A stretch of 64,000 nucleotides of DNA from Macrostomum lignano (GCA_002269645.1 NIVC01000575.1:467630-531629); one strand, 5' to 3'. Positions 25,705 to 39,135 are shown, numbered from the stretch's first letter. Notes: generated by a model not told the origin, from the sequence alone. Made by a program: numbers and translations.

Positions 25705-26859
25705 GTCAAAATAATGCACTAATATTAGAATTTGTAGCTAATGAATGTAAATTGAAATGACTGCAGATGAATTCAGTTGAAATTCAGTTTTATATCTTTT
25801 GTTTTCTTCTCAGACAATCGCAATACTTGATTTATACTTTCTACATTTTGTAAAGCACGCTAATTATTTGGCCAGAGACGCTTAAAAGTAAGAGCATGGA
25901 GAAGCTGCAATAGTACTTCCACACTCAACTTCGTGGGCGAAAATCGGAGCCAAGAAGTCTGTGGACCAAAGTCTACACCCAACATGATGAATTTTATATC
26001 ATTACTATTTTGTTGAATTTCATGGCGCCCTATAAGAATTTAAATATTTTTGGAAGCTTAAATGGTGGAGTCAAAAGTCCTGCTTGTTTGGTAAGTTTAA
26101 GCGTAGCAAACCTGTGAACTTAAATTTATCAATTGAGGATTTTCACGAAACGATTCCAGAACCAGAATAATCGAAGAACAAAGTGCTATTTGGGTTCCGC
26201 TATCGTAATTCTACAATTCTGCAATTGGATTGTAATTGATAGCCATTATTCAAAATTTTAATGTTTGAGTTGTACCTTCGGCTTCAAGAAAAAAATAAAC
26301 TCAAGAAAAAATAGAAATCGTATTTTTCCATCTCTTAAATTAGCAGCTCAAACTGTTTAGTCGAATTAGGCAAATTGTTCTGGTTTTGGAATCATGCAGA
26401 GTCGACGATATGGACAGCTCACAGGTTCTTTGTCGCATTTTTTGGATAATTGAATTGACCGAATGAATGCATGCACTAATAGTTTAGAAAGCTAACTAGA
26501 GATATAAAAATTAACAAATTAATAAAAATACTGACTTGGTTTATCAGTTGCATTTTGTGCTGCATCGCGTCTCCTTGCTTTTTCAGCTTAAATAGCGCCA
26601 GTTTTCACTCAGGGAGTTAATTCCCTCCTTCGTTTTTCATTGGTGGTCCCGCGCATTTCCTCAGTCTGCACTAACACTCTTCTTACACTGTGCCTGCCCT
26701 GTGTGCTGTGGGCGCTTCCATTATTCCCCCAATCTAATAGCTTTCTGCTACGCTAGTACAAATTGCGCTACAAACAGCCCATCAGCTGAGATCGGACCGG
26801 CGGGGCCCCGCTTCCCGTGTTACAAGCAAACCTCCGTTTCTACTCTTGTCCAAAAAACA

Positions 26860-26905
26860 TTTACCCCGCCGCGATTCTATTGGTTGAGCGAGGAAGTATA
26901 TAAAG
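26860..26905 (+). promoter_or_regulatory. Probable Cdc25 core promoter (GC box, inverted CCAAT, TATA) in the divergent intergenic region
   Basis: CCCCGCC 26864-26870, ATTGG 26879-26883, TATATAAA 26897-26904. A candidate non-coding exon ends at the donor near 27019 (TAG|GTAGGT), with an acceptor TTAACAG just before the ATG exon. Confidence 0.5.
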
Positions 26906-27200
26906 TCCTAACGCCGGGCCTCTCACAGCCGCCCCGCTTCGTCTCTCTCCGGCTTGACCGCTGGTTGTCTGTCGGTGTTAAAACCATTCACCAAGTGAGC
27001 TGGCTGGCACTAGGTTAGGTAGGTTTAGGCAAGAAACTTCAGCCGTGAGTTTTCTATAGCTACGAGCTTATTTTAATTTGCTTCTTGGTTTTTGTCAATT
27101 CGATTCCCACTATTCAACAAGAAGCAAGAACTGGCTATTTTAAATTCGAAACATTGATACTTCACTTAACAGACTGATTGAGCCAGTGCCAGCAAAAATA

Positions 27201-29929
27201 ATGTCTGCAAGCGAAAGTGGCACAGCTACAAAAACAGACCAGCTCCAACCTGGCATTCTATCAGTTGATAAACTGCTTTCTACCAAGCGCTGCAGCAGCA
27301 GCAGCAGCAGCAGCAGCAGTGGCAGCGCCACATCTACTGGCCTCAACAATGGTCTACCATTGTCCCAGCCACTTGGAAACGAGAATACTAGCAACTCAAC
27401 ACCACCAGCTGGGCTCTGTCTAGACTGTGACACATGCAACAGTGACGATAGTGTGCACCAGTTCATGATGAGTGGCAGCACAGCAATGCCCTCCTGTGCA
27501 CCAAACCATAACTATGAAGACTTTCTTGACTGTCAGCTGCAGGATGAGGATGATGAAAATGAACTGGAGATTCTGGGAACTGTCCGAACTGTGAGTTAAT
27601 TCCTTATTCTTTATTCTAAACTGATATTTTTTGTTTTGCTTAGGCCTAGTTATTGATTATTTGTATAGCTAACTAGGTCTTATAGTTATAAGAGCCTATC
27701 TAGATTTAAATTAAATCAATTAGACCAAGATGCCAATAGCCTATCAAAAGTGAATAAATAAATAGACTAATGAATAAATACTTTTTTCAAAAGCAGTATT
27801 TCCTATTTTTATTGTTTTTATAGTTTTTCTATTTATAGCATTGCATTAAGCCTAGCATAGAAAAAAATGAGTTAGGTTTACTTCATCATTTGGCAAATTT
27901 GTTTAAACAGAAACTATTTTAGTTAGGAAAGATTGACCTATTTATTGAATTTTTACACTGTTGTAAAGGCAAAAGCAGGACTTATATTGTATTAGGAATA
28001 TTACAAGAAGCTAAAAGCAAGGCAATTGTAAATTTAAGTATTTAATATTCCTTAAAATAAAAAAGCTGGGAATCTGGCCATTGGCTACTAAACTCTTATT
28101 ATCCCTAATAACTCTTAATGACCCCTTTCATTTTTTCTTGGTTCCTATTAAAAATAATAATTGGTTGAGAAAAGATAGAAACTTGAATATGCCTCATTAA
28201 TCTCTTGTTTATCTTTAAAAAGTCTACTATAATTTCACTCTGAGTTGCAGTAAGATTGAATGAAACACTGATTCCCAATTGCTAACATCCAACACCCACC
28301 ACCCAGCGTCCGCCTTCGCCTCGCCGCCCAATCGCCGTCACAATTCCATTTCGAGCCGTTGCTTCTGAGCCAGCCACGGCTGCCTTGGCTGCCAAGATTC
28401 GGCAGAGCAAGAAGCGCCAGACTGAGGACAGCCGGTCGCCTGCAGCTTCCAGCCAGTCCAGCGCTGACTGCAGCGAAGACGAAGAGTCCAAGCGCAGACG
28501 AGTAGCTTTAACGCCTTTAGGAGATTCAACAAATATTTCTAGCCCGAGTGGTGCCAACCAGTCTAAGCTGGGCCGCTGCATGAGCGAGTGCACTAATTTG
28601 AACCGAGTTGCTGACAGCACAGCCCGTATTGATAAAGCTATCGCTTCCATTGATTCTTTGAACCTGATTGGCAACTCCGAGCAGACTCACTCGCTGCCCA
28701 CTGTCAAGTCTCTAGACTATGGCATTCGGTCTGTGACCGCCGACACCTTAGCTGGGCTTTTGAATGGCCAATTCGCCAACTCTGTAGCCAATTACATCAT
28801 AGTTGACTGTCGCTACCCGTTCGAATTCCGTGGCGGCCATGTTCGCGGAGCGGTGAATCTCTACAGGCCGGAAGTGCTGCTTGACCGGCTGCTTCCGGCG
28901 GCTGGTGGTAGCTTGCCTGCAGCCGGGGACCGAGTAGTGATCATCTTCCACTGCGAGTTCAGCAGCCAGCGGGCTCCTAGGATGGCTCGATTGTTGAGAC
29001 AGCGAGATCGGGAACTTAATGCTCATAATTATCCGCAGCTGCACTACCCGGAGCTCTACCTGCTGCAGGGCGGATACAAGGCGTTTTACGAGAGTCACCA
29101 GGTAGCCATTTTTTTGTTTTGATTCCGACAGCTTCAGTAGAATTAGTCGTCTTGGCAATTGGGGCGCTGTCGCAGGCCATTGAAAACCGGGATGCCAGCT
29201 GGCATCAGTAAAAAATCTCAGCATGTCTATCATACCTTTATGCTTCTGAGCCTCTCTGGCCCACAGAAGCTGCAGAAGTCTGCAAAATCCAATGTTAAAA
29301 TGTTTACAGATCTTACTTACAGATTTGACATTATCAAGCATGGAATCAAATCAAGCCTTGCGAATTCCAGTTGTTGCTAAGGTGGGGAATTCCAGGAATC
29401 CAGGTATTCTCAGGATGGGGATTACAGGTGTTTATAGGTTGGGGAATTCCAGTTGTTGCTAAGGTGGGAATTTCCAGTTGTTTGCTATTGGGGTGAATTC
29501 CAGGTGTTGCTAAGATGGAGAATTCCAGGTGTTCACACGGTGGGTATTACAGGTTTTTATAGGGTGGGGAAGTCCAAGTGGTCATATGATAGGGAATTCC
29601 AGTTGTTGCTAGGGTGGGGAATTCCAGTTGTTTGCTATTGATATTGTGGGGAATTCCAGTTGTTTGCTATTGATATTGTGGGAAATTCAATTTGTTGCTA
29701 AGCTGGGAAATTCCAGCTGTACATGTCGAAAAATGGAAACCCAAACCTGCTCAACATACAATCCGCACAGGGGCACTGCGAGCCGTGCGGCTACACAAAA
29801 ATGTGCGACCCCAACTACTCGCAGCAGTTGGTCCACTTTGACAAGCTCGGCCGGGCCTGGGAGCGCCAGAATTCCCGGTCGAAGCATTCTCGACTGCAGC
29901 GACTAGCGGGGTCGCCTCGACTCGAGTGA
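27201..29929 (+). CDS. CDC25: Cdc25/String M-phase inducer phosphatase, 3 coding exons, about 447 aa
   Basis: Exons 27201..27590, 28307..29101, 29771..29929, all phase 0. Rhodanese domain IVDCRYPFEFRGGHVRGAVNL, active site IFHCEFSSQRAP (HCX5R), YPQLHYPELYLLQGGYKAFY, C-terminal HCEPCGY. Confidence 0.95.
29370..29720. repeat. Degenerate tandem repeat, Cdc25 intron 2
   Basis: Recurrent GGGAATTCCAGTTGTTGCTA modules. Confidence 0.75.
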
Positions 29930-31234
29930 GATTCGATCGAGAGAGTTTTTTTAAGCGGCAGGATCGACCGTGAAATTTGGAAGCAGTTTAGCCTAACGAA
30001 TAGACACTAATATACACATAGCAATATTATGAGATGACACAACTGTGACAATCATACTACTGCATACCGAGAGTAGTGTCATACAGTTCATATTTTGTTA
30101 GTAATTTTTCAATTAGATTGAAGTCGTAAGTATCTATATTAGTCTAGTTTATATATTATAAATTATAGCAATATTTTATTATACACATTTCGAGCCCAAT
30201 AATATTTGTTTTTATTAATCCCTTTATCATCAGAGGCTTTAATATAATCTTACTACTGCAATATCAATGTCCAAAGATGCAGGTCGCACTAATTAATATT
30301 AATTTTTAATTTTTTTTCTGTATTGTTTTATTTAGCTATTCTAACTGACTATTGTCCTGGTGTTGTTTTATTAACTAATATTACCATATTTAATAGTGAT
30401 CGGCTGCTCATATCTTTAATATCAAAATATTATCATTTTTTAATATGCGGCATGCAATACATTGCTACCAGTAGATGCAATTTCGTCACAGCAAGTCGCA
30501 TTTTAGTTACCAAACCCCTATTGTGCTACTTTGGCAAGTAAGTAGTACGCGTGATTATTTTAAAAAAAGACCTTTCGCCTGTCGGGGCTTTCTAAGGCAG
30601 CTCAGTGAGTTGAGCTAATAATTTTGCATTCTATTATTATTATTATTAACCAGCTGTACGGCCAATTGCACTTTAATCTCTGCTCTTTTATTTCTCTTTT
30701 TTATCTCAGCTGCCGCCCATCTCTATGGCTCCCCGATTGCACAGTGATGCAAATGATGATGATAAATAAAAACTGAATATTGAAAACAATATGCAGCGAT
30801 TCGCGATCGACTGGAGCAAGCCAAGGCGCAGCGCCGCCTGGAAACCATTTTTTAATAAACTGTGGAATTGCGCAAATGATTTGCATGCGAACGCTTTAAT
30901 AACTTGCCTAGGAAATTTGTCTCCTTTGTTAATAATGAGCTAAGATAGTTAATTTTTATGGATTACTAGCCTAGCCAATGTGAATTAGACATGAATAGAA
31001 TGGACTAGCAATCAGTGCCCCCCGTTGGGGAGCCAACAAAGAATGGAATACAAGTTTTTTAATAAACTACATGTATAGCTTCTCCTTGCAAAAACCTCAG
31101 CAATTATTCCCCTTGTAAGCCTTGACATCGTAGGCATTCCCAAATGAATCTTCTATGTTCGACATGACGCTTCTGTCACATGTATCTCTGACATTACGCT
31201 TTTATTTTTTACATGACGCTTCTATCAGCGCTCC

Positions 31235-32050
31235 AATCACAGCAGGGTGAGCTGGAGCTCAGAACTGCTGGTCAATCTCAGCAGGGCCGTGAGCTGGAGC
31301 TCAGAGCTGCCAGCCAATCACAGCAGGGTGAGCTGCAGCTCAGAGCTGCTGGCCAATCTCAGCAGGGTGAGCTGGAGCTCAGAGCTGCCAGCCAATCACA
31401 GCAGGGTGAGCTGCAGCTCAGAGCTGCTGGCAAATCTCAGCAGGGTGAGCTGGAGCGCAGAGCTGCTAGCCAATCACAGCAGGGTGAGTTGGAGCTCAGA
31501 GCTGCTGGCCAATCTCAGCAGGGCCGTGAGCTGGAGCGCAGAGCTGCTAGCCAATCACAGAAGGGTGAGTTGGAGCTCAGAGCTGCCAGCCAATCACAGC
31601 AGGGTGAGCTGGAGCGCAGAGCTGCTGGCCAATCACAGCAGGGTGAGCTGGAGCTCAGAGCTGCCAGCCAATCACAGCAGGGTGAGCTGGAGCTCAGAGC
31701 TGCTGGCCAATCTCAGCAGGGTGAGCTGGAGCTCAGAGCTGCCAGCCAATCACAGCAGGGTGAGCTGGAGCTCAGAGCTGCTGGCCAATCTCAGCAGGGC
31801 CGTGAGCTGGAGCTCAGAGCTGCCAGCCAATCACAGCAGGGTGAGCTGCAGCTCAGAGCTGCTGGCCAATCTCAGCAGGGCCGTGAGCTGGAGCGCAGAG
31901 CTGCTAGCCAATCACAGCAGGGTGAGTTGGAGCTCAGAGCTGCTGGCCAATCTCAGCAAGGGTGAGCTGGAGCTCAGAGCTGCTGGCCAATCACAGCAGG
32001 GTGAGCTGGAGCTCAGAGCTGCCAACCAATCATAACTTGGTAAGCTGGAG
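31235..32050 (+). repeat. 33/36-bp tandem repeat, open on the + strand (QQGELELRAASQS)n
   Basis: Unit CAGCAGGGTGAGCTGGAGCTCAGAGCTGCCAGCCAATCA type, length variants differing by 3 nt. ORF 31213..31965. Confidence 0.9.
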
Positions 32051-32688
32051 CTCTGCCCAGATTGCCAACACTCACTCAACAAAGTTCTAACCTAGCTTGA
32101 ATATTAACTTTATTTTCTGGCACTTTGTGCTCAAATCACCAGATGTTTCTTGCGCGAACAATTTAAGATAAATTTTCAAAAAATCCATTTGATGACAGCA
32201 TTGGATTCTTGCACGTAGAATACACGTAGACTTAGGTGACCATAACGAGCGTAAAATCACTAAATGATTTTTTATGCAACAAAATTGAAAGGATTTCATG
32301 AAGTCTCTTGTTCTCAATGCGACAGAAGATATAAAAATTGCACCTAAATAGAGGAAAATCAATTTGTTATAGAGCAGTAAAAGTTTAGCTCGTATCTGTA
32401 AGTTTTTTACCTTTCTAGAGCAGTGTGTACGAAATAGAATGGAAATTGCTATAATCTAGTTCCCAGTGAGCTCCGCGAAACCCACAAACCCAAGGACACG
32501 CGCTTCAGGACACGAGCAGTAAAAGTTTAGCTCGTATCTGTAAGTTTTTTACCTTTCTAGAGCAGTGTGTACGAAATAGAATGGAAATTGCTATAATCTA
32601 GTTCCCAGTGAGCGGAGCGAACGCGCGAGGCACAAAGTGCCGAGCATGAGGAACAAACAGCCAGCCAATGCGCGAAGCGCATTGGGTG

Positions 32689-33628
32689 TAGGGATTCCAA
32701 AATCCCGACATTTTACAATCCCGGGATTGAATAGTCCCGAAATCCCGATGCTGTTGAAATCCCGGGATTCAAAATCCCGGAATCCCGGTGCTTTTGCAAT
32801 CCCGGGATTAAAAATCCCGGGATTCGATTCCCAAAAAAATCCCGGGATTCAAATCCCGGATTTTTGGCCCCAATCCCGGGATCCCGGGATCCCGGGATTG
32901 GAATCCCTAAATTGCTAGACGGACTGTGCGGCGTGCCGCGTGCAGTAGTCATGGTCTCGCGACTCTCAGAGTCTCAGGGCCTTTTCATATTACCAATTCC
33001 AGAACCAGAATCGGTTCGGAATTCGAAGAAAAACAGCAGTATAACTATTAAACTCTGTTAATATTTGACTGCCTTAACAGCCTCACTTAGCACAATTTTT
33101 CACTTTCTTCTTGGCGACTGTCATTCAATAATAAAAACTTTATAGCACGTATCTCCCTCTAGTTATGGAGACAAAAAGTTTATACTTCACAAATTGGTTC
33201 TTGTTCTGGAACCAGAGCAAGCAATATGAAAAGGCCCTCAGTCTCGTCTCGTGGTAGAAAACGAAAAAAAGTTAAAATTATCTATAATTTACAGTTCACA
33301 TTAACAATTTTTAGCTCAATTAGGACAGGAGCTTTGCAAATGTTTAACGTTTCATTGAGAAACAGCAAAAACAAATAAATGTTTTATTATTCAAATAAAC
33401 GTTTAGACTTTAAATTATCTAATTTAGGCATTGAAAGTTCGTTCTAATCCCGGACCAATCCCGGGATTAAGGCCTTGAAATCCCGGGATCCCGATCCCGG
33501 TCTTTTGCAATCCCGGGATTAAAAATCCCGGGATTCGATTCCCAAAAAAATCCCGGGATTCAAATCCCGGATTTTTGGCCCCAATCCCGGGATCCCGGGA
33601 TCCCGGGATCCCGGGATTGGAATCCCTA
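32689..33628. mobile_element. Non-autonomous hAT-type DNA transposon with a duplicated right end
   Basis: TIR TAGGGATTCCA at 32689 and TGGAATCCCTA ending at 33628. Perfect 8-bp TSD ATTGGGTG at 32681-32688 and 33629-33636. Many ATCCCGGGAT palindromic subterminal motifs, and an internal second right end terminating at 32909. Confidence 0.85.
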
Positions 33629-35821
33629 ATTGGGTGGTCTGGCTTGTGACGAATATAATAATATGAGACGTGTGCATCGAAAAAATGACAAGAAAAATCT
33701 CACAAAAACTGCTGTAACTTCAAAACTACAAGTGCGAATTTCACAAGTGAGGTGTCATTTTAAAGAGAAGAATCTGATCTATTTAACGAGTATAGTTTTG
33801 TATGGATTCACTGCGGAGAAAAGGAACAGGCTTCAGTTGAAATGTTTGTCTTAAGATTATGTCTTTACAAAAGTGCATTTCCTCATGCACATTAAAACTC
33901 GAGCTAAAAATGTTCGAGGGTTATAGGTGCGCCTTACTAAGATGCATAACATTATTGGGTTGTTTTTTTCAATTGTATCAAAAAGTTGGCACTTTGGTTG
34001 CAAAAAATGCAAAAATTGAAAATGTACTTTTACAGTTTTTTGCATTTTTTTCTATACTGCTAATAGTTAAGCATACATACTATGCACCAATTGATGCGCA
34101 ATTCAAAGATACACAAGTGTGGAAGTTTTCAATTCTTAAACATTTGAAATCAGAAAGTTATCGACGAAAGACTAAAAATTATGATCTCAAACTGATTTGA
34201 GGAAAAGTGCTCATTATAATTTTTGGAATATGGAAGAAACAATTCAACGCCGTCATCTAATTCCAAACTAACTGTACTTTAAGGTACTGCGATGATTTTT
34301 TTATTGAAGGAGCGAAACCTGTTTAAATATTTGAAAAAATGGAAAAAAAGTACCTTTTTTCATAGAAATACACTCTTTTGACTGCTTAATCCGATTTCCA
34401 ACAACAAAATAGTTGCTTTCCTGCTGGTGCAAACCGTTATTAGGGTGAATTTTCAAAATTGCATACTGTGCCAAAAGTAAACTGAAGCTTAATATTTATA
34501 AACATTAGAAACGGGACCACTAATGGGTATTTTACTTTGGTTACTTACTATGGACTAAACTGGCACTAGCAGAGACAGATTTGAGAGAAACGAATTGCTC
34601 CATTGTATTTGTATTTGGCTCCAGCGTTACAAATTACAATAGCTATTTCGGGGTCTAACCGGCTAAGTTATCAAAAAAGCTAGATACCAATCACCAGTTT
34701 CATCATCAGCTATACCTACCACGATTTTATAGTCACATGCAACAGTAATACCCTCCTTTAAAAGTTTTCAATATCTAAAATGATGTGTTAAATTTTATAA
34801 AATTTCATAAACAGTGAAATTTTAGCTGTTTACGTGCTGGTGGTTTGAACGTAGCTACTTTGTGCGAAAATACACTGTCATTAATACCGTACCTATTATT
34901 GTATTTATTGTATTGAAAGTTGATGTGTAAATTGTACTTTTCTATTTTTTTGTCATTCGTTATCGCACTCGGGCCGGGCCGGCCTGCCTGCCTTGTGGGG
35001 TGTGGTGGCCTTGGCCACTTTCTCCCCCTTCTGCTAGGATCCAAAGCAAGCTTTCAAGTGTACATTTAATATTATCGATCGATTATTTAAAACAAGCCTC
35101 TAGTGGCTGGTGTTGAGAGTGAGTGGCCTTGAGTGTACGCGAAAGCAAGAGGAAGCCCATGGGCGGACTATATGAACCTTCCTTTAGTGGAAAGTTAGGC
35201 CTTGTGCATTGGATAGTGTACGCTACACAAGACAGAAGGTAAAGAGAAAGAGAACGACAGGCTAGCCAATAGCGATAGCATGTGCTTCTTTCTCTCCAGT
35301 CCACTATGGTAGGGGGGGGGAGGGGGGTGTCAGACGGCCCAACTCTAACCCCCATACCCAAAACAGCGTACATGTAGAATAAGAAGGGATTGGGTCCAGA
35401 TAAGTCTTCCCAAATGTACATGTATGTACAAAGACAAACACAGACAAGAAAAATGGCTCTAAAAACCATTGTTATTGTTACACTGTGTGTCTATTTTTAT
35501 TAACTTGACTTTGACTTGTCTTTACTCTAGCATGGTCAAGGATAATTACTGTTACTTCATACCAAATTTACAATTAATTGCATAAGATTAAGAAGGAATA
35601 ATACAATCGAGGTCGAACCCATGATCACTTGACCCACCCACCCATGATCACTTCTGATTCTGACCTACATGTATCTACTATATCCTGCCAGTTTCTCCAG
35701 TTTTATGGGTCTTGGTGTCGGTGATTCGAGCAATTCCATTACATTTTATCGGTGCAGTGCGTCTATTAATGCTTAGCTACTTGTATATGTGTTGCAGAAC
35801 TTATGCTCGTAGTTTCCCTTC

Positions 35822-36600
35822 TAGGGATGTTGACCCCGGGAGTGCTCCCCGGGGAGCTTGTCGGGGAATACTCTCCGGGGAATTTAACCGGGGACCCTGG
35901 GGAGAAAAAATATGAAAAAATGCATTTGTAACTTAATTTTTGCCATTAAAATAATAAACTGATTCACAGAAAGCTGATTGAAACTCTGTCTATGCTCTTT
36001 TACTGCATAATTGCTTATTTCAATGCATTACATGTATTTGAAACACAACACACGTTTGATTGTTTTTTCACTAATAAGTCATTCAATCAAGCAAATTGCA
36101 CGTAGAAAAGAAACCCGTCAGGAAAAAGAAGCCTTACTGACTAGTGACTGCTGTGTTGGTCTGCGTTGACGGCTTGACGCAGGCGCAGCGCTGCGTCATG
36201 CGTCAGGCACTGACGCATAGGGGGGTGTCATACATATACTCCCTATTAGACAAGGACAAAATGGTGATTTACATATATATGCAAGAAATAAAATTCCGAT
36301 TATAAAAACAGTCTCATTCATTAATTATCCTCTCACGAGCGTAGCTGTTTAGCATGCATTCCAACAAATGCACTTTTCCGATAAAGGTGCGCGCACGATT
36401 TCGTGATGCCACATTGTCAAATACAGTTTAAAAAAACATTGTTTAAAATTTTTACCCCTGCGCCTTGAACATGTAGTACAAAGCTTAAATCAAAGTTTAA
36501 AAAATTCCACTTACAATCTAAGTGATCCGCCGTTTTTACTTATTTTTTCTTTTCACCGGGGTCCCCGATAAGATAATTCCCTGGGGAATCGACATCCCTA
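35822..36600. mobile_element. Non-autonomous hAT-type element with Ac-like TAGGGATG termini
   Basis: TAGGGATGTTGA...TCGACATCCCTA. Flanks TTCCCTTC at 35814-35821 and 36602-36609 (one extra A at 36601). CCCCGGGG-type subterminal motifs at both ends. Confidence 0.75.
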
Positions 36601-37948
36601 ATTCCCTTCCTATAAATCATTTGACGTTAGAGACATTTTACAACTCTCGCCCTACTTTATCTATTAGGCTAACTTTATGTATGACACGACGCAAAATATT
36701 AGGAGCATCAGCGTTAATAATGCCTTGAAAGTCTTTAAATAATCGATAACACTAGGTATTATAAAATTCCAACCCCAAAGCTCACTGGGGCGAAAAGACT
36801 TTGTCTTCATTAACTAGTCTTTAATAAATGTTAGGCCTAATATATTAATAAGTGTTACAATATAAAAGCATTATGATTTTTATAAACCTTATAGACTATC
36901 ATTAAAAGTCAAATGAGAAGTTACAACATAACACGATGAATATTTTAATTTCCTTAGGCATCTAATTAATATTTGTTTATGATAATGATCATCCAATATA
37001 GCAACTTTTTACTTATTTATAAACTTAAGTAAATTTTATAAAATTATGAACAGATTTATTGTTTGCATATAATTATAAGCATTACTTTAATTTACTTCTT
37101 TCCTAATATTTTGTAACCTTCTAAGTTTCTACTTTCTATTATATCTAGGGGGGGCTATTAAGCTGTGCCTCTAGTACTATTTAAAGCAACCTTCTTGGTC
37201 ATATTTCATTATTAATTAATTAGGTTTTGAGTTTTAAATAAACAAGCTAATTCTTACCTTATATTTATTTACTTTTAATAGTTTTTTGTATTCAAGTTTT
37301 TATTTATTATTTGTAACTTTTTTAGCTTATAAAGTAAATTGCTTGGATTATCTTTGTTAGATCAGCTAAAAAAATAGAAAAGCAAAGACAGTGCATTATA
37401 AAGTCTATTTTTTGGAAGAAGAATAAAGCTTATATATTTTCTATGTTAACATTAATGCTAATATTAATTGATTAAAATTCATGCCTATGTAATTCCTTTG
37501 ATTTACATTGGCTATATGACTTACTCTATGACAAAGAAGCAATCTGCCTAAAAAAGAAACAAGAAAAATTAATATAATTTTTGGGAAATAGCAGGAATAA
37601 ATATGTCTATATCTTTTTGGATAAAAAGTTGTTATATTTGTATGCTCATAATCATAATCAAAGATATTAATAAGGCACTTAGGTAAATTAAAATATATTT
37701 GTAATATTTCAACTTCTTGTTAGACTTATATTGTTGTTTTTTTGCATCTTTGGTGTTATTGGAATTGCCAATAATGTTTGCAATAATTTTCGTTACCTCC
37801 CAAATTTATGCAAACTTATTAATCTATTAATGCAAACAATCTGAATGGCAGTCTATTAATAATTAATGAAAACCTTAATGCTTATTAACACTTATTAACA
37901 GAATTCTACTTTTGAAATATCCTAAAATACTTTCTATTAAAATTTCAG

Positions 37949-38548
37949 ATGAATAATAATCCAGGACTATACCTAGGTGGTAACCCTAGCCTAGCCTCAG
38001 CTGGACCTGCACCTGCTATTAATGACTTATCAGCAGGATTTTATGTAAACAGCATTTGATATTAAAGTTGTGTCTGTTTTGTCAAACAAAAATTGTAGTA
38101 TAATATTTGAGAACTACTTCATTTTTGTAGCCAAGGGCACCAGCAGGTGTTGGTCCCCCCAACACTGGTCAATATGGAGCAACTTGTCTGTCTGGCAGGA
38201 TGCAGGGCCTAAACTTATTGGGTGGCAACAGCCGCATGCCTGGAGTTGGTGGCACTGCCAGCCTTATGACTAGTCAGGTACTGTTCTAACTAGCTATAAT
38301 ATTTTGTTTTAGCATTGTATAACTGCTTGTATAACCATTGTATAACTGCTCAGATGAGCATTTTGGCTGCTACTGTCTTACCTGGACGGCAGCAGCAGCA
38401 GATGTCCCTGCCTAAGCCTGCTATGCTGCATCACCATCGCTGTCACAGTCTGTCAGCTCATGGCCTGCCGCCTTATTCTACTGCTTCTTGTGGATCGCTT
38501 AGCAAAATTATAGGGACAGTATCTGCTGCCCCCGCAATCTTGGTCTGA
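37949..38548 (+). CDS. Three small in-phase low-complexity exons; possible 5' exons of PAN3 or a separate small gene
   Basis: 37949..38044 (TTTCAG|ATG...TAT|GTAAAC), 38131..38277 (TAG|...CAG|GTAC), 38354..38548 (CAG|ATG...TGA). All phase 0, introns of 86 and 76 nt. G/P/N/Q-rich translation with no recognisable domain. Confidence 0.45.
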
Positions 38549-38719
38549 CTCTTTTTTCTGTTTCTTTGTTCAATTGATTTCTTTTCAGTTTAAATCTGCA
38601 AGTTTCAAGTTAAATTTTTATTTCCTCAAAATGTTGATTTGATTTGCTTAGTTTCTAGTTAGTTTTATATTGGCCATAAAGGGTTAGAACATTTTTTATC
38701 AAAGAAATTTCAAACTTTC

Positions 38720-39135
38720 TCAGTTTGATCTCATGATCTCATCTCTCAGTTTCATTTCATTATCTCGTCTCTCAGTTTAATCTCGCATTCTTATCTCTCT
38801 GTTTGATCTCATGATCTCATCTCTCTGTTTGATCTCATGATCTCATCTCTCAGTTTGATTTTATGATCTCATCTCAGTTTGATCTTATCTATCAGTTTAA
38901 TCTCGCGTTCTCATTTCTCAGTTTGATCTCATCTCTCTGTTTGATCTCATGATCTCATCTCTCAGTTTGATTTTATGATCTCATCTCAGTTTGATCTTAT
39001 CTATCAGTTTAATCTCGCGTTCTCATCTCTCTGTTTGAACTCACGATCTCATCTTTCAGTTTCATCCCACGATCTCATCTCTCAGTTTTATCTCAATGTC
39101 ATCTCTCAGTTTAATTTCATGTTCTCATCTCTCTT
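38720..39135. repeat. Degenerate pyrimidine-rich tandem repeat upstream of the PAN3 core exons
   Basis: Recurrent TCTCATCTCTCAGTTTGATCTCATGA. Confidence 0.8.

Noticed and set aside
35083-35469. 128-aa minus ORF in a GC-richer island
   Set aside because: No motifs, no convincing splice structure and composition typical of spurious ORFs.
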